Below, piece after piece: positions 1 to 14,490 of a stretch of 64,000 nt of DNA. A program made the position numbers and the translations under genes. Location: contig NW_026862875.1 in the NCBI RefSeq assembly GCF_026571515.1, forward strand, positions 248,001 to 312,000, given 5' to 3'. The notes beneath the pieces are model-generated. The model was given only the letters and a program-made list of their open reading frames with translations. It was not told the origin of the DNA and made no database searches. How positions within the stretch are numbered: the first letter of the stretch is position 1; each line of letters starts with the position of its first letter. This stretch comes from Ruditapes philippinarum. Lineage: Eukaryota.

Positions 1-742
1 TATACACCATATGTTTACACAGTATGAATACATAGTTCCATTTTTAAAAAGCGGTTCTTTTAAGACAGGACCAAATTACCTTGACCAGTAACATGAAATG
101 CAGCTTCATAATCATAGTATATGCATTGTATACACCATATGTTTACACAGTATGAATACATAGTTCCATAAAAAGCGGCTCTTTTAAGAAAGGACCAAAT
201 TTGACAGTAACAGCTTCATAATCATAGATATGCATTGTAAACACCATAGTTTACACAGTATGAATACATAGTTCCAAAAAGCGGCTCTTTTAAGACAGGA
301 CCAAATTACCTTGACCAGTAACAGGAAATGCAGCTTCATAATCATAGTTTATGCATTGTATACACCATATGTTTACACAGTATGAATACATAGTTCCATT
401 TTTAAAAAGCGGTTCTTTTAAGACAGGACCAAATTACCTTGACCAGTAACATGAAATGCAGCTTCATAATCATAGTATATGCATTGTATACACCATATGT
501 TTACACAGTATGAATACATAGTTCCATTTTTAAAAAGCGGTTCTTTTAAGACAGGACCAAATTACCTTGACCAGTAACATGAAATGCAGCTTCATAATCA
601 TAGTATATGCATTGTATACACCATATGTTTACACAGTATGAATACATAGTTCCATTTTTAAAAAGCGGTTCTTTTAAGACAGGACCAAATTACCTTGACC
701 AGTAACAGGAAATGCAGCTTCATAATCATAGTTTATGCATTG
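1..742. repeat. Tandem satellite array, 128-bp unit, ~6 copies (runs off the left window edge)
   Basis: Unit TATACACCATATGTTTACACAG...ATGCATTG restarts at 1, 129, ~238, 359, 487 and 615. Copies 1, 4, 5 and 6 are near-identical; copies 2-3 carry several small deletions. Confidence 0.95.
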
Positions 743-2249
743 TCTTATTCAAATTAAAAATATCCAGAAGAATTTCCTAAATTTCAATTTTCTGAAATAA
801 TAGTATTTACCCAAAGATTAGCATAGTACTTAATCTGTTAGTTTTAAGTTTAAGTCTATAAAAGCCCTGTATGTGTCTTCTAATTTTTAGGCTTCATAAC
901 TGCTTCCTTCAGGTCGCCAAAGCTTTATATAAAACTTTTTTTTGAGAGAATGTCATATAAGATTTACACTAATTTGAGTCTTACATTATTGTAAGATAAT
1001 TGAAGACACCAAACGCTTGCTCTGCCAACACATACAACTGTTGTTTTTGTAATTGTTTTTGTTGTTGTTGTTGTTGTTGTTCTTTTATGAAAAAAATACT
1101 TAGTTCAAAATATGGAAGTAAATAGTATTGCTCAAACCAAACGTTGGCCTTGTCAACACATACGTCAGTTGCATTTGTTTTGGTTGCTTTTTGTTGTTAT
1201 TTTTTATGATAAAAGATAATTAGTTTTACTTTTGTGAATTAGTATTGAAATTTACATGTCATGTAACTGAACTAGTTTCAAATTGTGATCAATCAATCGA
1301 TAAGTGGATTGTGATGAAGAATAAAATCTACCATTTAAATAAAGGTAAGGTTTATTGTTATTAAAGGAAAATTTGTTTATACATATTATTATGTTACTAT
1401 CTTAGTACTAGAAATGTAATACTTATAATTATCAGCAATTTGCTTTAGACAGCATTGTGTTCTTTTCAAAAGTTAATTCCGACTAATTGTCAATTCAGCT
1501 GACTTAATTTGACGATATTTTGTACCAAATACCTACTCTTCCTCTAATGAATAATATTTGCATATAATTTAACAGGGTTATTAAATTTTTGAAATCAATT
1601 TCAATAGTTGCATAGAACGCACCTGATTTTAGAAGAAAAGAAATGATACGTTCTTAAGTATATCCTAAGAAAACAAGAGATATAGATCTTGTCAGTTTAG
1701 ACAAAACAAACAACCACCTACAGAACTAACATGTCAAAAGTCACTTCAGATTTGAACTTTTGTATCGATATCTATCTCTTAAAGGATTAAAATGATATAA
1801 GATAGTATGCGATTTTTTTCTCCAGTTTTTATTTAAAAGGAAAATGGGGTTTGAATTTCACAAGTTTGATTGAATTTCATTGATATGTTTTGAATAAAAT
1901 AACTATAATCTTTTGTTGCTCCTTCGATGAAATACCGAAAATGTTTTTTTCTTTATTTTATCGGAATCAAACTTATAAGTGCGCTGTTTTCAATAATATC
2001 AATATATTTTCGTTCAAATTTCCGAGGCCGAGAAAGCAACCTGTATATCTCCATTTGTTGAAGATGTCACAAATTATATAGATTTTTTAAGAATGGAGTA
2101 ATTTGAATTCGTAACGTTTTCATTTCAAACAATAACAATTAAGTGAGCATTTATTAAAAGAAATGTCTGCCTGCAATGTTTAAAAAAAAAATGAAGCTAC
2201 GAAATCAGTAATAAATGCACGCTTAGTCTGTCCAATGTTGCTTATAATA

Positions 2250-2420
2250 TTTAGTTGGGTTTAAAGTTACACCTTAACGGTTATATGGCAACATTCCAGC
2301 TTTCCAACTGAATGAGAGAGACCTAATGTCATGTGCCCCTTTCATGTTTTATTTCAGGCACGAGCGGACACCTAGGCAGTACCTCTGACCTTATATAAAC
2401 TAGCTAAGTACTTTCCTAAA
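2250..2420 (-). mobile_element. Degenerate SINE 3' fragment (same family as 57646-57803)
   Basis: Shares TTCCAGCTT...GTGCCC.T.....TTATTTCAGG.AC...CGG.CA.CT.GG.AG with the copy at 57646-57803. The SINE call rests on recalled resemblance to bivalve SINE cores and was not verified. Confidence 0.5.
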
Positions 2421-5400
2421 AACAGTCTTCAACTGTTTTTATATGTGTCTTCTGAGCTTATTATCCCGAAGGTCAATTTGTGAAAAATGTGCAATTTTGA
2501 AAGCTGAAAACAACTGAGTCTTTGCAACAACTTGTCTGAGTATAAATGTAAACAATTGCTTTTATTCCTAATATATGCTGATATAAGTTGGTTCTCGACT
2601 TAATAGTTTGTATATCTACTATTCACTTATGCGGCAATTTATTGATAGTTAAGGCACCATTTTCCCATTCTATTTCTTACTTGAAAAAAATCAATCTAAT
2701 TTTTCTTCATTACCTCGTAGAATATCAGTTGAAATTGCACGTTAATTTTATAATTTTTTGTAAGGTGCTTGTTTGCCAACGCCAGACTGTCGTAATTGTA
2801 TGTGGTTTAAGAAATGGACTTTGCTCTGGAGCACTAAAATACAATTTCAATTTGGGGCGCAATAAAGAACAGCAGCTGCAATCAAACATATGTATTAATT
2901 AAGTAAGGTTTACAAACACGGATAAACATTTTTTGATTGTCACAATAGACTTGTGAGGAAATTGTTTGTACTTTTTTCATACTCTTAAGATAATGTATAC
3001 TTGTTGAAGTCTGAAATAATGTTGAAAAATGACTAACAACCTCTTACTTTTAAACATGTTTCGAATTGTTGTTTTTAATTTTTACATCGATGCTTGTGAT
3101 GAGGTGATCTAGACAGGAAGGTTCAACATGTTGCCTTTTCATTTCTACTTTCTTTCGCTATTTCTTTCTTTCTTAGTTGTTTCTGCTAAAATAAAGTTGT
3201 CAGCCTTCGTTTTTGTCATCATATTTTTAATTAAGTTTTATTATATTGATTGCTATTATCTACCATTTACTGAACACTAAAAATTCAACAGAATATATGT
3301 ATATCTTTTTTACAATTTCTGAGATAATATGGGAAGGACCAACAGTCTGAAGCTATTCGAACTTGTGGTCCGACCCTTTTGCCGAAAAAACTACAGCACC
3401 CAAGTAAATACTGTAAAATTTGTTATTTGTTTGTTATATGTATGCATGTGCAATTGTATTTGTTTTATAAAGAAAAATGACAGCAATAACATTAGACAGA
3501 GAGCTACATGGTACTCAAAATTAATTTCAAAATGTTCTCGCTTTCGTAAAAACTATATCTTATTAAGGCGTGTTGATGAGTAACATTGAACATAATCCCT
3601 TATACAGGTGTGAAACCTGTCAAAAACGTTTTGTAACCATTTTTATGATTTGATTTGGATCTTTATTAATCAGTGATCACTTTGATCAGCTTACAGTAGA
3701 TCAAAAACTTGCGCTGTTTTGACGGGTGATTGATGGACGACGCTTAATGCCTCAGCTGTTTCAATTTCATCTTTTACATCAACAGTATTTACCGCATATT
3801 TTTTATAACTTATTATCTGCTATGTTGTGATATACATTTGTTATGTTTTTTAAAGTAAATTAATAAAACCTATATAAAGTTACATACAATATATAAAATT
3901 TGTATCAAACACTAATTTTGTTTATATTTACTTTATATTACTTTATTTCAGGTGCTTATTTAAAAGTTTTCTTAATATTTCTATTTCTCATCAACATTAA
4001 TCGATATCGTCATTTTTTGTCGGTGTTTGAATTAATCCTTTTTACGTTGTTATGACAGTCTTGTAAATATAAACATATGAATAGCATCAACGCATTAATC
4101 ATTTAAGTGGGCAATTTCATAATATGTTTTAGTTTTTATAGGACAGGTGCAAACGTAACCAAATATAATCCATGCAAAGCAGCATCACTGGGAGAATTTT
4201 TTTTATTTGTTCTGTTAGAAATAAAAGAAATAAATGTTTTTTAAATGCAGTCTTACCACTTTGGAAAGAGAGATAATGTTTTTGTTAAGAAGTTTTTGAT
4301 TTACACAAGGACAACTCTCGAGATGTTACATTGTAATCTGTACCACAGGTACAAAATTGAAAGTTCTTCCTTGTTATCAGAAAAGCCGAAAGCAAGTTCG
4401 AAAATGATTCTTGAAATATGTTAAAGAAACTAACACAAGTCAGACATTCAGTCACTAGAAAATAAAATGATTATAACGAGTAACACCCGGCTGCTGGTGG
4501 ATAAACTAACATCTATACATCTTATACAACTCAAACAGATATTTGTTTGATAACAAAGTAACATCAAATAAAAGTCTTTTAAGTCCCTAAAGAAACAACA
4601 CAAATTAGCTTAAGAATAGTTTTAATCTACATATCAGTTAAATACTGGCTTTTGGATATGTTTCGATTCACCTACGTCTCTGAACCATAATCGTATTAAA
4701 AATAAGACAACAAACTGCCCAAAGGTACGATACATAATACTCTGTGTACCTCTTAGCACCATCGACCATGTCCCTACCCTTCTAGCACGCTAGACACAAT
4801 TAGTTATAACTCTATTAATTTGATTTGTTTCTTCTATACTATTTGTTTGAAATATCCACTTAAAGTAATGATGTGATTAGATTTCAATTAGGAGTACCAG
4901 TTATGCTCAAACTGTGATTGAAATCTTGGTTAACTTATATTATTTATTAAAACTAATTTTTGTCCTTTTGTAACAGCTTGGGATGGAGTACCTCAGACTT
5001 TATGAATAAATGTTTATTTATCACATTTACAAATCTAACTCAGTATTTATTTATGAAAGAAAACTAAGTGATTGTGACTGACGCAGATACACAATTTTAT
5101 CATACTGTTTTGAAAGCATACAAAACTCTCATTTGCATAACACTGATTTGATGATTTTTACAAAGATGTTTGTCAGAACTTTAGTAAGTGGTTTAAGATT
5201 TGTATTGGTAAAAACTCAAATTTGTTCAAAAGGAAAAATGTCATGTTTCAGGAAAAGGCATTAGCCGATATAGTTAGTGCTTTTACGGGAGGCTTTGTGT
5301 ATGAAACAGTTTAATTTCTGCTATGATTATCGACTGAAGTGAGGCGTACAAGACACCGAATCTCTGAGACCTTTCATGATTAGCAACCAATATAGATGCA

Positions 5401-8400
5401 AATTTTCTGGATTGTTTTTGTCTTTACTGGATTCGACAATTACAGACGCGGTGTCTTTTATTCAATACTATCGCTGATTATTCTTGTTTCAAGCTTGTTG
5501 ATTAATTCAAATTTAATTACTTTCGACAATAGAGATAGCTGTTTCTTTCTTATGTCTTTCTGTCAGACAGAGAAATTCGACCTATGACTGCATATGTCAA
5601 GCCAATAAGACGGGGCTTATTTTGGAACGCTGATTGTCGATTGTGTTGGAATTTGCTTGGCGCTTTGAAGTCTAAATTCACTAACCATGTACAAATAGAG
5701 GAGAAAAAAGAGCATGGAACAAAATGGCTTTAATGGTAATATCTAGAAATGTTAACAAGTATCAAAGGCTTGAATATCGTAGATCTGCTTTATACTGAAA
5801 TTTTAAATAGCAATGATGTCAAAGTAAAAACAATATATATCATATCATTTATTATCTCCATTTAAAATTTATATCGTTAATTATCAATTTAACAGGTCAT
5901 TCATTGATTAATATAATGAAAAAGTTCAAATGCATTGAAGTTACAATAAATCTTTTGTTTTGTTATAAAAAAAAGCTACATGCATATCAATGAAGGAAGC
6001 GAACAAACATTTTTTCAGTTCGATTTGAACCAATCAGCCGAATTAAAATAGAAAAAGACAGAATCCCTAAAAAACGCAAAACACGTCAAAATTGAAAATG
6101 TCGCAGGTTCGGTTCGATTGAGCCTAATAATAATTGCAAGCTACCGTCTACGACGCCTATCACCGGCTTAAGCACGATTCAACATTTAAAATACTGATGG
6201 TGCTACCTTTGTTACCCAAAGCACACAGCTGTGTATTTGAAAGGATATATGCATAAGAAATACCAACAAATCTCTTGTTAACATTTATCTTGTTTTTCCA
6301 AAAAATATATAGGAAGCAATTATCGTAATTATCATACATGGCCATTGATGAATTATTTGGTTTATTATTTTGAGCCTGAACACTTTGAAACTTGCCATTA
6401 CAATAGTGGAACAAGTCCCTATTCCTCCTATCAAATATCCGCTTTTATTTCTGTTTTGTCCTGTTCATGTTTTGATCCCACACTTGGTGCCTTTGTGCCC
6501 TCCAGTGATCTCATATGGTTTGATAATTTGAAGGATGCGTTTCTTAATTGTACACAAATGCTGGAAAGCATATTTAAAAAAAGATATTATCCAGTTTTTT
6601 AAATGTAGCAGAAACATTTGTTTTTCAGAAGAAATAAAGATTGTTATTTTATCAAATCATTTATTAATCAACGGAGTAAAAACTATGACAGATTACTGTA
6701 AAGAAGTTGCATTCCTTTTTACAGGTCCAAACATATTAACATGATAAGAGTGCTTCATCTGTTCTTTTCTGTGTGTAAGTATATATGAAGAGTTTTGGCA
6801 TCTATACGGACCAATATAAACAGATGTATGCTTAAAGGTGAGGGTAACGTTAATACACCCATTTAGCTGCTCAAAAGTCTTTGTACGTGAGTTTGAGGAA
6901 TCATCCCTTTTCCAGACACGACAGCTTTTTAAAAAAAAACTTAAGTCTGTTCATAGGTTTGCAACAGCCGTGTATATAGATGATATAAACGACATGTACA
7001 CCCAAATGAAAACTTATTGCAGTTTAAGACAAAAACTGGATTACTTCTAGAATAAACGTAATGCAGTTCTTGTAAAAAAATTCTGGTTGCAATATTTCAA
7101 AAACAAAGTCCAAAGAACACAACACTCATAAGAATAATTAAAAATATATTAATTACAATTGATATTTCGGTATTATCACATTAATGTATATACAGTATAC
7201 ATGCATATATGAAAACAGACACTAGGGAATAGGCGCCTTGGTTGTACACATCCATTGAAACTTTATTGATAAAAGTGCACATAACATCTTATCCTTTGTA
7301 ATATTAACATTAAAAGGGGTTCACTAATTTCTTGTAAGGTATAAACGACAAAGGTCTTCTAAAAAGTGTAAACATTGCAAAGCTCTTAATTCATGGTGTC
7401 AAAATGGTAATAACAATCTATAAAAGATTTGCTACTTTATCTTATAAGAAACGTCGCAAACCAAAAGATCTACAAAACATTCCACTGTAATAGCTCAACA
7501 ACCTATCAAATACCTACCGGCACCTTTTAAAAAATTGATATTTCAGTAATTAAAAACAATCTTCCAAATGAAATAAAGAAATCACTAGAAAACAATATGA
7601 AACAGTCTTATCTTTTCAATCAACAACTTAAGCTGTCAGTTACAGGAAACACTGAAACCTCTTCTGTGTTTACAATCATAAGGTTTAGACAATGAACTGC
7701 CTGGATTATTTAACAATAATTTCGGCTTCATCGAAATTAAACAAAAGATTGAGATGATTTTAGACGGTCTAAGGTATAAGTGACGGATTAATATACCACC
7801 TAATTACCCTAAGACTATTATGAAGAACATATTTCAAAAGTCTCTCAAATTTCTGAGTTCGGAGCTTTCATAGAGGCACTAGTGAACAGCTATTGAAACA
7901 CGTTGAACCTTGGACATTGACGCGGATTGCCACATAATAAACCTAAAGCAGTATCTATACAGCTGCCAAGATTTACGTGACATATCGTGCGGAAAAATCC
8001 TAAAATTGTTTTACACACATTAGTTTTTTTTATATTCTGGAACCCGAGTAGAGATTTATGTAGGAACATTTGAAACAATCAACGTTTCGTAATTGAAAAT
8101 AAATTAGTGTTATTTTATTATCAAAAACCGTAATACCTGGTAAAGAAACAAGAGTTATACGAGCCTTACACCACAAAACTGATTAGAATCTGAATTATGT
8201 ATGTTTGTTGATTCGTTTCTGTGTTCTATTAAAAAGAAAGAATCGTATTCAGCACGATAAATTGTCTTAAGGCATTTCATAGGTCATAAAACTGTAGGTT
8301 TCAATAAAGATAGTTAGTTAGTTTATCAATGTAAGACTTTGAAACTAAAAGCTTGGTTTATTCAATTTTTGAAATTGCTTACAAAGATTTAAACTCTGCT

Positions 8401-11124
8401 GTTATCAAACTTTGTTGTTTAAATTCCCCTTTACAATGTTGACTTATTTTTGGATCTTTTGACTGTGTTCTTGTAATCATAATTATGTGTGAACAAACTG
8501 ATTTAATGCAATATGTTTTGGTATTGTCCATTGCAATGCTCATGGAATACGTAAAAGATTAGACAATGGCAATTTTTGTTTCATTTTGTACTATTTAAAT
8601 ATCTGAAGTATAAATCTAAATAGGAAATGGTAAATATTCAAGCAATTTTGTCAAAAATGTTTAGAAATGTCAGTAGCTCTTAAAATTCATTCAGAGGCCA
8701 AAATTTAAACAAAAAAAAATGAATGCAAAGTTCAGAAAATACGTCATCAAAGGGATCAACATACTTCAAAGAGTGGCACGAAAGAAAATGTAAATAACGG
8801 GAATGCGGGCATGGCAACATACAGGGAAGGTGATGACAAAGTCGAAAATAAAACAAGAAATATAAATGCAAAGCAAAAATACTGGCAATTATCATATAAT
8901 CTTTACTTTATTTAATATGACCCGGATTAAAAGCTTTGAGGATTGATCCATGTTAAAACTGTAATGGTAATGACATAAACTCATAAATCAATTTAAAATA
9001 TGTATTTTTATCAAAGTCACTGAACTAAAAAGGTATTTAATTTTGAATTAGGAGCTTTATCAGATTAAACGATTGTTGGTCACAGAAATTTATTGCACTA
9101 CAATATAGATTTTAAGTAGTCATGAAATATACATTAATCGTCATTATTTATTATTGTCAGTGAAAAGAAAACTTTTTAAAAAAGCAAAACATTTAGGAAA
9201 AAGAAAGAAAAATATATATTATCTGACATTATTGAATATTTGTAACTTCTTTCTATTTCAAAGTACAAAAAAACATCTACACTCTAGTATCTTTGACATA
9301 AGGTATAGAAAGTAAACAAAACGTAATGGGTCGAAGATAAAATTCAGAAATTTCATTTTCTAAGTGATATGAATTAAAGTAGGTATTTATATGATAGATA
9401 AATCGTCTTACGCGTTTGTCCCTCGTGGACTGCTTCCATACTTAGGCAAATTAGGACAGTCTGGAGGCTCTCTGACTGAGTGTCACAAAATCAACTAGGG
9501 AATTCCACTTTCTTTTAGTCTCATTTACATCCCCCTTTATTTCTGTCGTTTTCTTAAATTGTAATTGATGTTGTTAAAGCAAAGAATTAGATATTGCCAA
9601 CATAGTCTATGAGAATCTAAAATGAAATGATTAAATGAAACAAAGATTAATTATTATCACAAATCAAACAGCTGGTTATCTTCTGTCCCTCGAGATTTGA
9701 CGACATTTCTCGAGAAAAACAAGATTAGCAGTGATGCTCGACTGATGGAGATCGGATTGAATTTTAAAACAATGATCCCGACATTTCTGCTTGAATGGGT
9801 AATATTTTGTAACATTTTAAGAATCAATTTGACAGTTTAATGAAAATAATCCATTGGTCTGGCATGTTTGAGGTCTTCTGGGACACGTGTTATCGTACTG
9901 GGAGAAGAAAGTATTCCATCTGTTTGTCCGAATTAGGAAATGTTTAGGCATGGAAATTAGAGGGATTTGTTACGATTTAATTCTATGATGAATTGTTTGA
10001 CAAGGGCTATTAATCAATCACTGCTACTTTTGCTTATATTTCTGTGTGTTACATTTATTCTTTGAAAATTTGAAAATTTATTTTTGATAAATATGATTTT
10101 TTCTTATAAATTATATAAATGTTTCATTTGATTCATAGCTAAGTATTTGAATGTTAAAGGAAGTAAATAGTTAAACTCAAACCTAAGAGTCAATTAAACG
10201 AGCTTAATTTTTAAACATGTAATTGATATGAACTTTTACAAAACGAATTTTACCCAGAAATATTGTCCTTACAAGGTAATAAAACATTTTGATATTCTGA
10301 TTTGTTGCCATGTGTGCCTATGATATAACATCAGCTTTGCTAAAAAAAGTTCAAATTGAGCTCAAGTACAGAAATATTTTAATTAAATTTAAAATAATAT
10401 GATGTGTTCTGGAAAATATAATTTTGTGGCATATTTATGATACAAAGAAATAAATGTTAGCTATTTAAGAATGTTAATTTTTAAAGATCTTTTGTTTGTT
10501 GTCATCTTACGATACCAAATCATACATAAATGTTCTGATAATAATTATATTGCTTTATTCTATAATAACAGATATAAAAATATGGCATAACCATAATATA
10601 ATTATCCATTTGAATAATATTTGAAAAATATCATTATTCATTTATATCATGGCTAAATTATAATGATTTAAAGCATGTAATATTAATGTCATATTATTTA
10701 ATTTATGAATGAATTATTGCAATGGTAACATCAACACCGGCGAATATGTGACCATTGTAAAAGTGCACCAACTCTAATATCTAGTGTTTCGAATTATTTG
10801 GGATTTTTAATTACAATAACATCCAATTTTGAATTATGGATGAAATTGATTTACTCTTCATTGATCGATAGAAGGCTTTACCGATTTAGTTAATAAAGAG
10901 GCCAGAATAAATAAAAAAATGTCAGCAAGTCAGCAATTCTGTGATGAATTGTTTGCATTGCAGTAGAGTTATGTTGCAATAATAGCTTCATGTGCATAAA
11001 AATATATTTGCAAATCAGAGAGGAAACTATGAAAATATGTAAATGCCATACATTTATTAAAGATTCATGTAAGTTTGTATTTCACTCAATGTATTTTTCA
11101 GATGGTACTGAAAGAACAAATACA

Positions 11125-11524
11125 TTTTATTACATGCTTTTCGGTGGTTTATTGAAATATATCAGTGATATAAAAACTGGTAATTTCACTGTTTGAAACA
11201 GTGAAATTACCACTTTGATAGCACAGCGTGCACAGAACTGGGTACCAACTTAATGACGTGACGTCGTAAATGACGCCACGTTGTATTATTATTTGGTGCG
11301 CTTTTCATTCAGTATAAGGTTTAATGTCTTTTTAAAACGTTTCTTTGCATATAATAAAAAGAAAATTTGTTTAGTTTAGTGTAAGATAGAAATATATTTC
11401 ACCTTATGAACACCAAAAGTTCATATTTCACTCGTGGCTGCGCCACTCGTGAAATATACCTTTTGGTGCTCACTTGGTGAAATATATTCCGATCTTACAC
11501 TGAACTAAACAAATATCCTCTATA
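11125..11524 (-). mobile_element. Non-autonomous hairpin-ended DNA element (Crypton-like), ~400 bp
   Basis: End AAACAAATATCCTCTATAT; long hairpin centred on TTTCACTCGTGGCTGCGCCACTCGTGAAA; perfect 33-bp palindrome at 11179-11211. Both ends match the element at 60800-61971. Confidence 0.6.
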
Positions 11525-13947
11525 TATTACTTACTGACGTACAGGTATCTCTTTGTCCGTGAATTTGTACCTTAGATTATTGTTGAATTTGATCATAAAT
11601 CGGGCATATCAATTATTCAAAACTTTGAACATATTTTTTTATTTAAAATTAAATTCAGGCACACCTTACTATTTTTATCTCATGTAACAAACCTGTCAAA
11701 TATTGCCATATTATCTCATATTAATCACCAATAACAACCACGTGATTTATGACATTGCTGCATCATATCTGTAATGTTAAGATGAATGAAACAGGAGAAT
11801 TATCAAAGAAATTACCAATCATAAAAAAACACAGTCGCTTTTTGAAAATCCGTTTCTGTATTATGAAAATTTCCGTCCAAATATGATTTATAGTAGCAAT
11901 AAAAAACAATCCTAGCTAACGTTCATACTTTTTTTGAAATTGTAATATTTTTATCATGTACTAAACGTTGTTTTATGATACATGTACAGGTGGCAAATAT
12001 AGGAGTTGTTGGATCATGAAAGAACCATTCGTAATCTGCTTAAATATGACGAAATATTGCAGACCCTGCGAAACATGGCGTTTCAGAACGATTAAATAGT
12101 AGTACAAAAAGAAGCATTAAAGGTCACTCATCACGAGCAAATTCAAACGTTTGGCAGGGCCTGTGATTGCGTCAGTTCTAGATAAAGTTGAAAATAAGTA
12201 GTAACACGATTTACGTGTGTTTTTGAATTTATAAATATTCAATTTTGACAAATATTCACTATTTCTAAAACATTTTAAAGTCACCTTAGAATAGTTCATA
12301 TAATATAGAGCGAATGACAACTAGCTTGCAAAAGGGGTTTATGCCAAAATTGTGGTGTTATATTTCAAATATGTATTTAAGCAATTACGCCATATAAGTA
12401 ATGACAAAACACGTGGTATGTATAATTTATCGTCTTTTATTCGAAATCATTTAATAACAAATTACCAACATATTCAACGACTTATCTGTACGTATTACAA
12501 GATCCGATATATTTCAAAGAAAACAAAGTAAAATGAAATATAATAAGATAATGCAAATATTTGTTTAAATAATGTCTGCCTTAAGTTACATACGAAAATG
12601 TATATTTTTACAAATCTAAATTGTCTACAAGTGTGTCAATCTATTACTTTAAAATATATAGTACAAATTTCAAAACATGTAAAATCAAATTAAAAAAATA
12701 CATGAATATCTATTATTCAAGGTAAATAACTTATTTAAGAAAAAACGTAATTAATTGTTCCCTTGCTAAATATTCTACTATTGTCTATATATGTTCAACA
12801 ATGTACTACCTACTTCATGAAAATCTTTACTAAAACACCATTTTTTCAGGTGAAGTAAATTCGTATGATATTTATTCAGAAACAGAAACATATTATATCA
12901 GTTTAATGCCTTTATACCGTATAAAACGTAAGTTGTATGTTGGTATTGTCTAAAACATGGTTATCACTGTGTAATGTATATAATGATTTGCATGCCTCCA
13001 TATTCATGGTTATTTTCATGACAATTTTAAAAGTTATTTAAAAGTGATATGTTGTGAGGTAAACAAAGAAAATAATTTACACATTGCAAGCAGCACTTGA
13101 AAACCACGTAAATTACCGAAATAGGTCAAAGTAAACATAATAGCCTTAGTAACGCAATATAAATATGTAGAATACTGCAAAGTGATTCCTTTAACTCTGA
13201 TTACATGTAAATTATTAGTTCAATCTTAAATCTTTTCTTAAAATCTTAGTACATTTTTTTTCAAGTTTAATTTTCTTGAAATATCTTGGCTGATCTGGAG
13301 GCATGCAGTTTTAACGCTAGAAGATTTAAAATAAATGAATGCTAATGAATGACACAAAAACATGATTTCACCCGTACATTTTAAATATATTTGCAACCAA
13401 ATTTAAATAAAACTTATGAATATTTAACTATTAAAATCTATAGCTTACTGTTACATTGTATGTGAAAATAATATCATAATAACTATTTGCAAAAATATAT
13501 ATCTAATTTTCCACAATTATTTGAAATATCAAAATTATAGAAAAAAAACGTGTTGGTAATTAGATAGTAACAAGTAAGTTATAAAATACCAAAGACATGA
13601 ATTATTATTATTCAGTACAATTATAATGTTATTATATTGTTTTATTGATTTGTGCAGCGTAAATGAATTTATCCACAAAAATCACCTATTATATTTTCCC
13701 TGGCTATTAATTAAAACGAATTGATTAAATCAAAATTGCATGTATATTTCCATATGTTAAAATAACTAATTATCATTTGTTGAACAGTAAAAACAATATT
13801 GCAATGAATATTATTTTTTGCATCATGCAAGATAACATTTGAACAAGTTCTTGACCCTGTCTATCATCAATGTAGATTACAAATCTGTCGTATTTTTGTT
13901 TTGTTTTAATCACAAATTAACATTTAATTATTTTACACTCAAAAAGA

Positions 13948-14490
13948 CTAGAGCATCATTTCTGTATTTCCAGAAGATACACGACTTGTTTTGATATGTC
14001 CAGAAAAAATATTTGGCAAATCTTCATTCACTCCCTTTACAACATCGTTATTATCAGAACTTTTCTCCAATAAACTGTCTATGCTAAAAGGATTTCTCCT
14101 TCGAGGAGTTTCAACTAACTGCGTTTGCTTAGAATTGTTTTCTACTGCATCGCATACATCAATTTCATCCGCGTTTTCAGACTGAATATCCTCACTGTGT
14201 TTGTTATCAGAATCCGAGTTCTTTTTGTTTGTATCACAACTGCTGCTTGAGGTACTTGAAAAACTACTCATGCTGCTAAAAAGTTTCTTCTTTTCTTCTA
14301 ATTTTCTTACTCTCTCCTCTTGTTTTCTTCGCTTGCGTTCAATTTTTTCTTTTTCTCTTCTTTTAATTTCGTCTTCACTGATTGGTTCCCCGCTGCAAGT
14401 TTGCGGATGTGCATTGTGGGCAGGTCTTCCGGGACCTTTCCTTGTGTGTTCATGCTTTCTCCATTTAGCCCGCCGATTTTGAAACCAAAC
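13948..14490 (-). CDS. Uncx: Uncx/Unc-4 homeobox protein, coding exon 3 (helix 3, Uncx-specific extension, eh1 motif, stop)
   Basis: Acceptor tgttctgcAG then VWFQNRRAKWRKHEHTRKGPGRPAHNAHPQTCSGEPISEDEIKRREKEKIERKRRKQEE. The KGPGRPAHN.HP.TCSGEP extension is diagnostic of Unc-4/Uncx. NPFSIDSLL is an engrailed-homology-1 motif. In frame with ORF 13948..14271. Confidence 0.95.
   Translation of the reverse strand, partial: VWFQNRRAKWRKHEHTRKGPGRPAHNAHPQTCSGEPISEDEIKRREKEKIERKRRKQEERVRKLEEKKKLFSSMSSFSSTSSSSCDTNKKNSDSDNKHSEDIQSENADEIDVCDAVENNSKQTQLVETPRRRNPFSIDSLLEKSSDNNDVVKGVNEDLPNIFSGHIKTSRVSSGNTEMML

Noticed and set aside
1009-1226. Two-copy degenerate duplication with a 128-bp offset, equal to the adjacent satellite period
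   Set aside because: No sequence similarity to the satellite; the equal period is most simply a coincidence.
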